Shown here: piece by piece, positions 40,149-50,923 of the stretch
Layout: each line of letters opens with the position of its first letter
Numbering within the stretch: position 1 is the stretch's first letter
IMG/VR virus record: IMGVR_UViG_3300045125_000094
Span: 1-53,766 of that record
DNA length: 53,766 nt
Direction: 5' to 3' (one strand)
Origin: a virus
Taxonomy: Duplodnaviria > Caudoviricetes
Made by a program: the position numbers and the translations under genes
Notes under the pieces: model-generated
Databases searched by the model: none
The model's input: the letters and a program-made list of their open reading frames with translations, nothing else
What the model was told of the DNA's origin: nothing

Positions 40149-43100
40149 TGCCACGCACAGTCTATAGCGCCAATTACACCACGCTGGCGGCCAGTACGAC
40201 GCAGATCCCGACCGTGATCGACGCGATCATTCTGACCTCACCGGATGGCGGGACAGTCTACAGGTGGGCGACAGCTTCCACGAGCTACCGCCTGACTTCG
40301 CCGAACACATACTCTTCGCGACTGCGCAGGGTCGGCGCGCTGACAATGTCGCTCAATGGCGGCTTTGGGCGCGTGTCATTCGTGCTGACAAACGCGGATC
40401 TCGACGAGTCGGAGCGCGTAGCGGCGACGCCTGACAAATACATCGGCTACAGCGTCGACTACACAAAGATCCTGCAAGGAACGATTGGCGGTAATCCGGC
40501 TGAAGCGGGAGTGCAGATGCTGGCCGGGATTGTCACGGGCTATAAGCTCGACGAGTCCGGTATTGAGCTTGACGTGGTCACGGAGGCCAGCAGATCACCG
40601 GTGCTCAGCAATCGTCGCGTCGGCAGCAAATGTCCGTGGGTCTTCAAAGGTACAGAGTGCGGCTACTCCGGCGGCCAGACCACGTGCAATAAGCTCTACA
40701 ACGATGCTGGCGGGTGCAGTGGTCGCAGCAATCAGCATCGCTTCGGCGGTTTTCCGAGTCGCGCGGAGATCGCTTCCCTTGGGACGGTTTCGGGCCTTGG
40801 CGCGCCACCTGCCTACCAGGTTATTACCGACGGCGCGTCGACGTTCAAACAGCAGGCGTACCTAAAGTTTCCGGACGCGACGATTCTCAACGATGACGCC
40901 AATTCCGCGACGGTGATTAAGGAGATCAGCGGCGGCGCGGTCAGCAGCGTCTTCAATAGCGTGATCAACGTCAGAGATGACGCCTATGGCGCGGTCGGCG
41001 ACAACGTCACCAATGACACCACCGCGATTCAGGGCGCGATTGACGCAGCGCAGACAGCTGGCGGAGGATATGTCTATCTGCCGCCGGGAACGTATCGGAT
41101 TACCAGCACTCTCGACTTCGGGCCGACTCAGATTGGACTGATCGGGGCGGGACCGGGCGTTACCATCATTCAGATGGCGACCAACAATATCCCGATCATT
41201 GAGATTACCGGCTATTCGGCCAACAACCTGCGCATCGAGAATTTGACGCTTCAGGGGCCGGGCCCGAACAGCGGCTCAAACGGTCACGGGATTTACGTTC
41301 ACGACAACAACTACGAGATCCCGCATTTCTGGCTCGACAATATTCAGGTATTGGACTGCGGCGGTCACGGGATCTACGTCACAGCGCACTTCACCAACGA
41401 GTACAGTCGAGTCCTTGTCTCCAACTGCGGCCGCAACGCCTTCGATCTGGCCGGCAACAATACGATCAAGCTCCGCTCCTGCTATGCCGACGACATCAAC
41501 AACAACGGTGTTGGCTACCGCATTCATGGCGGCCAGCTTTTTATGGACAACTGCAACGGGCTGGACTCGCTCGGCGCGACGACGGACTGGGCAGTCTTTG
41601 GTGACTCAACGTCGGACGGGGACGCGATTGACAGCTACTGTCGCGCGCAGTTGACCAATTGCAACATCGAATCGTTCAAGCGCTACGGCGTCAGAGCCAA
41701 AGTGGGCTCCGTGGTCAGCTTCAACAGCTGCTCCTTCACGACTTCGACCAGCGGCTCACATATCGCGTTCAAGTCTGACTATACAGGCGACGCGCCCGGA
41801 ACGATGACGACGTGTCGCTTCGATCAGCAGGGGACAGGCACCTGGGCGAACGGCTATCCGATCCACGGCTTTGACAGGCCGCTGCTGCTGCTCGGCACGC
41901 GGGCCAATGGCGGCACCTCCTTCACCGCGACAAAGTACTGGAACGATTCAGGCGGTGTCGCTGGTCGATTGCCGGCCGCCAGCGTCGAGCACTTCCTATC
42001 GCAGCCGCTCAACGTCAAGGCTGATTATGGGTGCCTGGGTGACGACACAGACGAGACCTCGAAGATTCAGGCGGCAATTAACGACGCGCAGGCGGCCGGT
42101 GGCGGCGTGGTCTTCTTCCCGAAAGGCACCTATCGTGTCACCGGGCTGACCGTCTCGGGTCGCGTCTATCTCGTCGGAGAGACGACGCATCAGACGACAA
42201 TCAAGAGCGTCAGTAACGCTGTGATCATCAACTGCTCAGCGACGGACAGCTGGATGCCCCGTGTCCGCAATCTCCGGATCTACGGCAGCGGCTCCGGCTC
42301 CTCGCAGATCGGTCTCAAGGTTGACGACGGCGTGTATGGAGCCTTTGCTGAGGTCTCGGACGTGCTGATTGAAAATTGCGGCGCGGCCGGGCTTTACATC
42401 GGCAACGCCTTCTCGTCGCAGTTCGCGCGGATCTACTCGACCAACAACGCCGGCGGCAACTATGTCGTCAACGCACCTGATATGCCAGCGCTAACCCTCG
42501 ATCATTGCGACAGCGGCGTGATTCACAGCTCCTACCGCACCGGGTATCACGTCCGGGCGGGGGACGTAGTGATGCGCGACTGTAACAGTGTGTATGGTGG
42601 CACAAATCCCGAATGGGCGGTCACAATTGGTCGCCGCGTGGGCCGCTACGGTGAGACGGTCGCCAACGGCTCAGCGTCGGTACGCTTCGAGGGTGCAATT
42701 TCGAGTCAACGACCGTAGGCGGTGTCGAGTGCCTGTTCAACAGTCGCGCCTCATTCAGCGGGTGCACGTGGGTCGGCAGCGGGTCCTCCTCCGGCTCGTA
42801 CAAGGCGGTGCTATACGACGTTTGTCAGATCAACCCGACCGAGACAACTGGCAGTATTACAAGCGGAACGGCCTCGCTGGTGGTGGCGAACGCCGCGACC
42901 TGGTCGGCTGGTCAGGGAATTAAGGTTGCAGGCGCTGGCGCGAGTGGCGCGGCGCTGACAACGACGGTGTCGTCGATTGTCGGCACCACGCTGACCCTTG
43001 CGGCCAATGCCGGAACAACAGTCTCCAGCGCGGTGGTCAGTCACACAGACGACATCTTCTACCCGGCGACTCAGGCGCGGCTCGGGCTGGTTGATGACGA

Positions 43101-44541
43101 CTGTCTGTTCTCGCAGTCGCCTGACACCTACTACGCCAACAGCGAGCCGGTGCACATCACCAGCTACCCGACGACACCGGCCAGCGCCAGTATTCCGCCC
43201 CTCGCTGTCAATGGTCGCGGACCAAAGATCGCCGGCGATAAGTTCATCTCGGCGTTCTACAACGATACGACCAGTCAGACTCGCCCTCTGCCACGGATGG
43301 ACGGCTTTCTCCCCGTGCAGACGATTACCGCCAGCACGACCTATGACGGGCCGGGTGTCCGCTATATCGAGTGCAATCACAGCGCGCCGATCACGATCAC
43401 TTTGCCGTGGCCGGGCTGGATGCTCAATACCGCCAACGAACCGATCATCATCAAGGATCGGTCAAGTTCCGGCGCGTCCGCCAACTCGATCACCATCGCA
43501 GCCGGCAGTGGAGCTACGGTCAACGGATCTACCTACACGATCAACACCGACAAGGGCGCGGTGATGCTGATTCCGCGATCCGACAACGACTATCGCGTTG
43601 TTGCTGCCTATACAGGCGCGGCAGGCAATGTTACCGGGCCGGCCTCCGCGACCAGCACGGCCATTGCGAAGTTTGACGGTACGACAGGAAAGATCCTGCA
43701 AAACAGCGGCGTTACGATTGACGGCAGCAATAACCTGACAACCGCCGGCAATATTCAGGCGGCGAGAGTCACGGCGACCAGCGAGCTGGTCTCCGGCGAC
43801 GGCTATTTCAGCGGGTACTTCTCGTCGTCCTCCGGCGCGCCCACGATCGCTTATAGACGCGGACGTGGCAGCAGCAGCAGTCCGTCGGCAGTGCAGAGCA
43901 ACGACGTGCTCTACTACCTGTCGCAGAGTGGCTACAACGGCTCCGGCTGGGTCGTTGGTGCTTATATGTACGCAACAGCGACAGAGAACTGGAGCGGGTC
44001 GGCCAATGGCGCGAATGTCACCCTGACAGCCTGTCCGAACGGCTCCACGGACGGGTTCGCGAAGGGCGTCAGGCTCGACCCGACAAACGCCAGCTTTGAG
44101 CCAATCGCGGACGCTTCGATGGATCTCGGCCGCTCATCGTTTCGTTATCGCGACGGACGGTTTAGCCGCGACATTCATCTGGGTCGTCAGGTGCAATCGG
44201 GCGGATCCGCGCTGTCCTCGTCGACCAGTACGGGCGCGGGGACGTCGCCAACCGTGGTGATTAATGGTAACGGCATCGCCGGATCGATCTCGCTGACAAC
44301 CGGCACATCTCCGGCCACAAGCGCCAGGATCATCGAGTTGACGATGGCGGCCTCGTTCACAACTAATCCGGTGGTGATCATTACGCCAGCCAATGCGGCC
44401 GCGGCTGCGCTCTCCGGCAATAAGCAGGTGTACGTCGACGACGCTGCTGTGCTGGCAAACAAGTGGTCACTCAAGAGCGGATCGACAGCACTCGACGCCA
44501 GTACAGCATATGTCTGGTACTTCCATGTGATCGGCGTATGA
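40148..44541 (+). CDS. gpL-like tail-tip protein fused to two pectate-lyase-like beta-helix domains and a fibre-like C-terminus (~1460 aa; frameshift ~42700)
   Basis: CPWVFKGTECGY....CNK.....C......RFGGFP; INVRDDAYGAVGDNVTNDTTAIQGAID..GGGYVYLPPGTY; LNVKADYGCLGDD.DETSKIQAAIN..GGGVVFFPKGTY. Confidence 0.8.
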
Positions 44542-45941
44542 ACAATTTCGGAGACAGCTCAAATCTCGACTACTCGCCCGACGGTTATGGGCGCGACGGC
44601 AGTGGTGGCGTCCTCGACGGTGGCGGTGGTGGCGTGGACACTGGCGGGGGTGGCAGCGGCGGCGGTGGTGGCGGTGGCGCTGGCGGGCCGGCGAGCGCTC
44701 CGTCAACGGCCGTTATGGCGGATCTCCAGCTGGACGAGGGCGGCAATCTGGTTGTCGCGTATGGGCAGCACCTGGTTGCCGGCCATCTGATCGAGTATGA
44801 CTACACGGTCGGGCCGCCGCCGTCGCTCAAGTTTATCGCAGCGCTCGGAGAGGGTCCGTGGGACAGCGTCGTCAAGGCCTACTACGCAGGTGAGGAGATC
44901 TCCGCGTCGGCAACAGCGCGACGCCGGGTTACAAATTCCACCCAGGCACGTTCTCGACCGGCACGAGCGATGCCAATCAGGGAACGCCACAGTTCTTTGC
45001 CACGTCGCCGACCTACTCCGGCACGGCCTATGCTGAGGTTCTGCTCAGCACGACGCAGTCGGTCGAAGAGCGCCCGGACAAGTTTCGCGGTGTCTTTCAT
45101 TGCCTCAAAGTGGCAAACTACAACAGCTCCGGCAGCGTCACCGATAGCGGCAGCTACAGCGCCAACCCGGCACGAGTCGCGGCGGATCTGCTTAAGAGGG
45201 CAGGGCTGCTCTCGCTGATCGACTGGTCGTCGTGGGTCAGCTGGCGCGACTACTGCGACGCCACAATTTCGTGGGGCACGCGTACGATACCGCGATTCCA
45301 GTGTCACCTCGCGCTGACCAATCCGATCGACCTGATCGGCGCGCTGACGCAGGTGACGCAGGCCAGCTGCACCTTCTGGCAGGACACCGGCACTACGATT
45401 AAGTTTCTGCTGCCAATCGTCTCATCGTCGCTGACCAATGGTAACGAGCAGATCACCTTCACTGAGTCAAATTGTCGCAACGTCACACTGGTCGCCAACG
45501 ATCGACGCGCGCTGCCGACCGGCTACATCGCACGGTTCCGCGATCTTGACGATGAGTATATGGGCGAGGTGACGGTCGAGGTCTTCAGTGATACTCTTGA
45601 AACCAATACCGGCGGACAGAATCGCGTCGAGTTCGGACTGCCGCCAATGACGCGCAGTCAGGCGGAGCGGGTCTGCAACTGGCGACTCCAGCTCGACGGA
45701 GTCTATAACACCGACGTCGAGGTTATTGGCTACGGCAGCGCCTCGGCGATCGTTCCCGGCGACCTGGTGAAGATCGATCACGAGGTTCTGCAAAACAACA
45801 ACTCGCCCGTGTCGTGGCTCTTTGTCACAGAGGCCGAGGATATCCCCTGATGAGAGCGGGCCTTCGCTGCGACGCGTGCGTGGACGCATTTTGACCGCCG
45901 GGCTCTACAGCGACACCGCGCATACTGTGCCGCTGTCATAG
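44538..45941 (+). CDS. gpJ/Tal-like tail hub protein (frameshifts at ~44915 and ~45848)
   Basis: VAYG..LVAG..ALGEGP, YSANPARVAADLL, IVPGDLVKID; Gly-rich N-terminus. Confidence 0.72.
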
Positions 45942-45949
45942 GAGACGCT

Positions 45950-46288
45950 ATGCCGAATCAGTCACTGCCATATCAACCGAGCTATGTAATCTCGGGCCAG
46001 CAGCTGCAAAATGTTGTGGTCGATTTTGCTGACGACAGGACTCGCTACGGGCGCAAAAAGGGCGGGAGATATTTCGAGTACGATCTGACGTTCCGCAATC
46101 GCCAACTGGCTGAGTTTCAGGCGTTTCAGACGTTCTGGCAGAATCATTACCCGGCGACAGCCTTTGACTGGGTGGAGCCGTATCAGAACGTCACGCACAC
46201 CTGCTACTTTATTTCGCCACTCTCCTACGAGATCAATTTCGAGGGCGCGATTGATTACAGGGTGAGAATACAGTCAACTGCGGCGTGA
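45950..46288 (+). CDS. Distal tail (Dit/gpM-like) protein
   Basis: YDLTF......F..FW........FDW.EP pattern; AGGAG RBS. Confidence 0.65.
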   Translation: MPNQSLPYQPSYVISGQQLQNVVVDFADDRTRYGRKKGGRYFEYDLTFRNRQLAEFQAFQTFWQNHYPATAFDWVEPYQNVTHTCYFISPLSYEINFEGAIDYRVRIQSTAA

Positions 46289-46336
46289 ATTATGATATAC
46301 TTATTGCGTTGATGCTTTTCATCCTTATCCTGTAGG

Positions 46337-46377
46337 GCAGAACGCCGGCAGAGCTCACAACGCTGCCGGCGTTCTGC
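46337..46377. terminator. 15-bp perfect inverted repeat at the convergence of the two genome arms
   Basis: GCAGAACGCCGGCAG-N11-CTGCCGGCGTTCTGC. Confidence 0.7.
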
Positions 46378-46536
46378 TGTTCAAGCCGCTATTCAAGGGC
46401 ATCTTTGTAGCGCGGTAGGATTGCAAGCAAAAAACAGCAACATTGCCAAAAAAACGACACGGCGATTGCTCACCGTGTCGAAAGTCCCCGCATTGGAGAC
46501 AACACGTCCCAAAGGTAGCCCGTCCCCGTCAGAAAA

Positions 46537-46852
46537 TCAATCTGCGCTGGTAGCGACCAGCTTCGCCCATCGCAGCCCCGCGTCTCCTCCCCAGAGATCC
46601 CACGCGATTCGCCCTGCGGAAGGGAAGCCCTTTTCGCCCTGTTGCGCACCCTCCGCTTTCAGGTCAACCGCGTGTCGCGCAAAATATGAGAGCATTCGCC
46701 GAATCGTCTCGATCGGAATACCCTTGCCATTGCTCAGGTCGCGCGCTCGCCACGCCAACCTCCGTCCCTCCGCGATTGTACTCGCGACGCCACTCCAGCG
46801 CTCGCTTAGCCGTCGCCCGCACATCCTGCGGTGGTGTGTACGAATCCGCCAT
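46537..46852 (-). CDS. Conserved phage domain (PSAGRIAWDLWGGD family); one frameshift ~46750
   Basis: MADSYTPP..VR..AKRALEWR..GGT.VG + RARDLSNG...TIRRM.SYFARH...PSAGRIAWDLWGGDAG. Confidence 0.7.
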
Positions 46853-46862
46853 TGTCACCTCC

Positions 46863-47501
46863 TCAGCCTGTCAGAATCATTGTATCTGAGATTGTTGCCA
46901 TATCCCGAACAGTTGTCGCAGGTTTCGGTAGATCCGCCACCAGCCGCAGGCCAATATCGGCCCGGCAGGATCGCCACATCTGTGCGGTCATTGCCGCAGA
47001 CAGCGCTTTGGCGCTGTAGTAGTGACTGCCGCCAAAGATCGAGGCGACCGGATAGACGTACTTGCCTCCGTACTCGCTTTTCTCTTCAGCGTCGCTACAC
47101 CACGTCCAGACATTGCCCACTACGTCAAAAAGCCCGGCTGGTGACGGTCGCAGACTGCCGACGGAGTGAATCACGCCTCCGCAGTTCTCCCACGCAACCG
47201 CCTCAAGTCTTAACTCGTCCTCGTCCGCTGGCAGCGCCTCGCGGCCAGCCAGTGCGATCGCCTTCGCCTCGGCTGCTGTCGGCAGTCTCCATTGCTCGTC
47301 GAGAGGCGCGTTAAATCGCGCAATCCATGCGTTCGCCTCGTCCCAGGTGATATGCGTCGCCGGAACGGTGTCGGGCAGCCCGGGCTGCCAGAGCGACGCA
47401 GCGGGAATGTCCGGCCAGATCTGCGTCAGCAAATGGCGCGTCACGTGCGTTTTTGCGACACTGAGACTCAAGTGCGGCAGCTTCACAAAATTAAAATCCA
47501 T
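46863..47501 (-). CDS. FGE-sulfatase/SUMF1 (C-type lectin fold) domain protein
   Basis: ITWDEA..W......WRLPTAAE, GLFDVVGNVWTWC, FGGS, IGLRLV. Confidence 0.82.
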   Translation of the reverse strand: MDFNFVKLPHLSLSVAKTHVTRHLLTQIWPDIPAASLWQPGLPDTVPATHITWDEANAWIARFNAPLDEQWRLPTAAEAKAIALAGREALPADEDELRLEAVAWENCGGVIHSVGSLRPSPAGLFDVVGNVWTWCSDAEEKSEYGGKYVYPVASIFGGSHYYSAKALSAAMTAQMWRSCRADIGLRLVADLPKPATTVRDMATISDTMILTG

Positions 47502-47516
47502 CGCGGCTCCTTTGTC

Positions 47517-48101
47517 TTAGCTTACCCGGGCAGATCTGCGGCTGACCGAGGATCGAACTCGATGCGTGTCAATCATCGCGTACTCCGCAAAAACGTCGTG
47601 CGCGCTCATATCGCAGAGAATTATTCTCCGGAAAACATTCGGCTTCATCTCCAGCATTACGCGATACTGAGCGTCGACGATCAGTTCTTTCGCAGCGCAG
47701 AGCAGGCAGGTGGCTGAGTCAGCGCTGTACAACGCTGTGGTAATGCGATGCACCCGCGGATACCGTTTCTCAATCGTTATAGTCGTCACGGTATAGCCCG
47801 CGTCAATAGCTGCCTGTGCTTCGGCGAAAGAGGGCCAGGTATCGTCTGACCGCTTTCGCCCGACCGCTGTACCGGACTCAATGCGCCAGCCCTCGCTGGT
47901 GCGAACCGGGCGAGGTTTTGGGCTGTACGCTCGCAGCTCGATACGTGGCTTCGGTTTGCCACTTTTTCGCGTGCCTGAAATGACGCGTGGCGGCTCGATC
48001 ACCGGGCCGCCACACGCGCATCTGACGCCATCGCGCCCGGTACGGGCACCGGTGCGCCATTGTACTGACTGACCGCAATCGCGGCAGTTGCCTTGCGCCA
48101 A
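47517..48101 (-). CDS. Hypothetical protein with N-terminal Zn ribbon
   Basis: CRDCG...CACGG; TTG start after AAGGAGGAG. Confidence 0.55.
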   Translation of the reverse strand: MAQGNCRDCGQSVQWRTGARTGRDGVRCACGGPVIEPPRVISGTRKSGKPKPRIELRAYSPKPRPVRTSEGWRIESGTAVGRKRSDDTWPSFAEAQAAIDAGYTVTTITIEKRYPRVHRITTALYSADSATCLLCAAKELIVDAQYRVMLEMKPNVFRRIILCDMSAHDVFAEYAMIDTHRVRSSVSRRSARVS

Positions 48102-48457
48102 AACTCCTCCTTATCATGTTGACCCGAGCCGGCCACGACCGGCAAGGCATGCACTGAATCACCCTTGGAGGAGCGTAGTACTTGACCGGCAGTATCGGCC
48201 ACAGAATCTCGCCCTGAGCCTGCTGCGCCCCGCGCGGCCCGCGTCCCGGATCTTCCATCTGACCCGGCACCAACATCATCAGCCAAAAAATAAAATCCAA
48301 CATTGCGTCTCCTTGGTGGTGGTGACGCGGACTGGCAACTCCGACTGCGTGTTGGCGCTGACCAGTCCGGTCAGGGGCTGATACCTGGTCTGCGAGAGCT
48401 GCAACTTTCGCAGACCCTATTATCTGCATTGAGAGAATTTATTCTGCGCGTTGCAGA

Positions 48458-48983
48458 TTATTTGATGCGCAGGTGCGTCCCGCGCTCGCCGAATCCGCAC
48501 CCCTCCACAACGTCTCCCGCGTCGAGGTCGGCGCGAATCGCCGCCGTGTCGAGCGTGATCCGCGTCTTGTGATACGCCTGGCGCAAGCTCCGGATCCTGC
48601 TGCCACGTCTCCGGAATGATCAGCGGCAGTCTGCCGCCATTGGCTGCCACGGTCAGCTTGTGCAGCGGCGTCTCCAGCTTCTTCAGATCGTGCCGCTCCA
48701 TAAACGTCTTCAGCGCTGTCTTGAGGCGCTCCACGGCAAGCTGGTCTGTCGTGGTCAGCGCATCCAGCCGGGAAGCCTCAGCCGCACGAGCATTGGCGCG
48801 CGCTGTGATCGACGTGATCAATCGACAGTAGTTGTCGATCTTATTGTCGCGGTCTTCGATCAGCTGATCGAACCACGCCGCCAGAGCTTCGCCGGCCTCG
48901 TCGTCGGCTATCTCGCCCTCTGACTCGGTCAGCAGCGCTTCGATGTCCAGCAGATCGCTTGAAATATTCCAGAGAGTAGCCAT
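48458..48983 (-). CDS. Siphovirus Gp157-family protein (frameshift ~48575)
   Basis: TLWNIS.DL...DNKIDNY...ERLKTALKTFM...KKLET; alternate frame ends GERGTHLRIK-stop. Confidence 0.85.
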
Positions 48984-49180
48984 TACCGCACCTCCCTGGG
49001 ATTGAAGCCTTCGGGGTTCTGCGCAGCCGCGTCGGCGTCGGTATAGACGGGCAGGGCCGCGTCGACGAGGGCGAGGGCAGAGCGGAGTGAGGTGCGCGCT
49101 GCTGCGGTCAGCGCTCGCTCCGTCGTGGTATCGATAAGCTCGGTGCGCACAAGGCGCAGGGTGTCGGAAGTGTTGGTCAT
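48983..49180 (-). CDS. Small hypothetical early protein
   Basis: AGGAGA RBS; TAATG coupling to Gp157. Confidence 0.55.
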   Translation of the reverse strand: MTNTSDTLRLVRTELIDTTTERALTAAARTSLRSALALVDAALPVYTDADAAAQNPEGFNPREVR

Positions 49181-49489
49181 CGGTTCTCCTTCAGGCTATG
49201 GTTGCCAGAGCTCGCACGATGCGAGCGTGGAGCTCTGGCGACATGGTCAGGTTGGTGAGGCGGACGCAGGTCATCGCTTGAATCTCTGTAAGGATGTCCA
49301 CCAGTTCTTGTTGTGTGACGCTTGCAGCTCTGCGATTGCGCGCGCGGATGCCAGCATCACTTCAGCGCGGGAGGGTTCGTCGTCGTAGTGTTCTGCCATA
49401 GCGCTCCCTTCAAATCATTGCTAACATAGCCTAAGTCAATGCAAAATGTTAGCAGGCCTAGCAAACGCTGGCGGCGTCGTAGTGTTCTG

Positions 49490-49711
49490 TCATTCCTCAC
49501 CTCCTTCAATCTTGTCCAGTAGTTGTATAGCCATGCATCTCAGGTCGTATAGCGTGCTAGCTAGGTCGACCGTAGATGCTTCATGGTCGTACGCATCAGA
49601 CAACTTTTGCGCAAGATCAACCAGTTCGTCGCCATATATAATGATTTTTGCGCGCCTTGATTTTGACAGTACTGCAATTGCCGCGCGTCTTTCTTGTTCC
49701 CACTGGCTCAT
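49490..49711 (-). CDS. Small hypothetical early protein
   Basis: AAGGAGGG RBS preceded by a GC hairpin. Confidence 0.6.
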   Translation of the reverse strand: MSQWEQERRAAIAVLSKSRRAKIIIYGDELVDLAQKLSDAYDHEASTVDLASTLYDLRCMAIQLLDKIEGGEE

Positions 49712-49762
49712 CGTACCCTCCTTTGTGTGAGGGCCGGTGGCTGTCCCGGCCCTTGATCCACG

Positions 49763-50119
49763 TTAGACGTCGATGCCGTTGATCCGCAGTCCGCCAGTCG
49801 GCTGCGACTTCACGAGGCAGGCGCGATCGCGAATGTGCTCCGCTTCCAGCCCGGCGATCACCTGGTGCACGATATCACTGGGGACGTTGCCCCAGACGTA
49901 CTGCGCGCGGACGCCGTCGGTGCTGATGCCTTCCGCGAGACAGGCACGAACGTCACGCTTCAGGTTGAGCTGCTGCATTTGCGCCTGCCGGACGTAGCCG
50001 CGCAGCGCCTCAGGGGACTCGCCGCGGCTCTTACCAGCGGCCATATAGCGCTTTGTGGTCAGGTCGCAGCTGATCACGTAGTGCGCAAGGGAGGTGATGG
50101 TGTAATCGTCGGTGTTCAT
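49763..50119 (-). CDS. Hypothetical early protein
   Basis: CAACACAAGGAGACAACACAA-ATG leader. Confidence 0.65.
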   Translation of the reverse strand: MNTDDYTITSLAHYVISCDLTTKRYMAAGKSRGESPEALRGYVRQAQMQQLNLKRDVRACLAEGISTDGVRAQYVWGNVPSDIVHQVIAGLEAEHIRDRACLVKSQPTGGLRINGIDV

Positions 50120-50170
50120 TTGTGTTGTCTCCTTGTGTTGATGGGCCCGGTTACCCGGGCCCGATGCCCG

Positions 50171-50566
50171 TTACTTTCGCTTCGAGGCGGACTTGTTGCC
50201 TACAACCAGCGCGTGAGCCATGTTCGTTGCGTTGATCGCGATCAGAACGCCGAGCGCGATATATGACTCCCAGCCGTGGATAAATACGGTGGTCAGCTCC
50301 AGCAGCACCGTGAACCCGCCTGCCTTGTACCACGACCCGAAGAGCTTCAGGCCCCACGAGTAAACCGATGTACCAGAGAAGACCAGCCCGCCCGCCACGA
50401 TCATCCAGAGCGCGGGCGCTGCTGCGACGTGGTTGTGGGCGATGCGGTAGATGATCACCGGGATCACTGCACCGACAAGGATGCCGATGAATGCGGCGAG
50501 CTTGTTCTTGCGCAGCGAGCGCAGCTGCGTGAGGATTGAGTAGTTCGGGGACGTGGTCTTCTTCAT
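50171..50566 (-). CDS. ~4-TM membrane protein, first gene of the early operon
   Basis: ATG at 50566 after AAGGAG; four hydrophobic segments. Confidence 0.7.
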   Translation of the reverse strand: MKKTTSPNYSILTQLRSLRKNKLAAFIGILVGAVIPVIIYRIAHNHVAAAPALWMIVAGGLVFSGTSVYSWGLKLFGSWYKAGGFTVLLELTTVFIHGWESYIALGVLIAINATNMAHALVVGNKSASKRK

Positions 50567-50628
50567 GATATCTCCTTGTGTTGTGTTGTCTCGTTTGTCG
50601 CCGGTCGCGTTCTTGCCACCGTGAGACA

Positions 50629-50686
50629 ATACTATCGTATGCGATTATATTTGTCAATGGCAATTCTATCGTATACAATATTTTTT
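50629..50686. promoter_or_regulatory. Back-to-back sigma70 promoters sharing the -35 region
   Basis: Minus: TTGACA(50657-50652)-N17-TAGTAT. Plus: TTGTCA(50651)-N17-TACAAT. Confidence 0.78.
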
Positions 50687-50713
50687 GTGAGACGTTCGAC
50701 ACCAGGAGGATCG

Positions 50714-50923
50714 ATGGGCATCATAAACACTCAGGCAGCGGCTAAGCGACTTGGAATCAGCGCGATAACACTGCGGCTCTATATCCGTCAGGGTCGCATC
50801 AAGGCGGTCAGGCTCGGCCGTGACTACGTCATCGAGGAGGCGGATCTGGCTCCGCTGCTCGTTCGACCAAGGGCCGGGCGTCCTCGCAAAGGGAAGGGTA
50901 GCGACGAGACGCCCGGAGGCTGA
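50714..50923 (+). CDS. HTH_17/excisionase-like DNA-binding protein
   Basis: INTQAAAKRLGISAITLRLYIRQGRIKAVRLGRDYVI; AGGAGG RBS; GRPRK tail. Confidence 0.85.
   Translation: MGIINTQAAAKRLGISAITLRLYIRQGRIKAVRLGRDYVIEEADLAPLLVRPRAGRPRKGKGSDETPGG

Noticed and set aside
46863-47501. Diversity-generating retroelement
   Set aside because: No reverse transcriptase and no TR/VR pair seen in the genome
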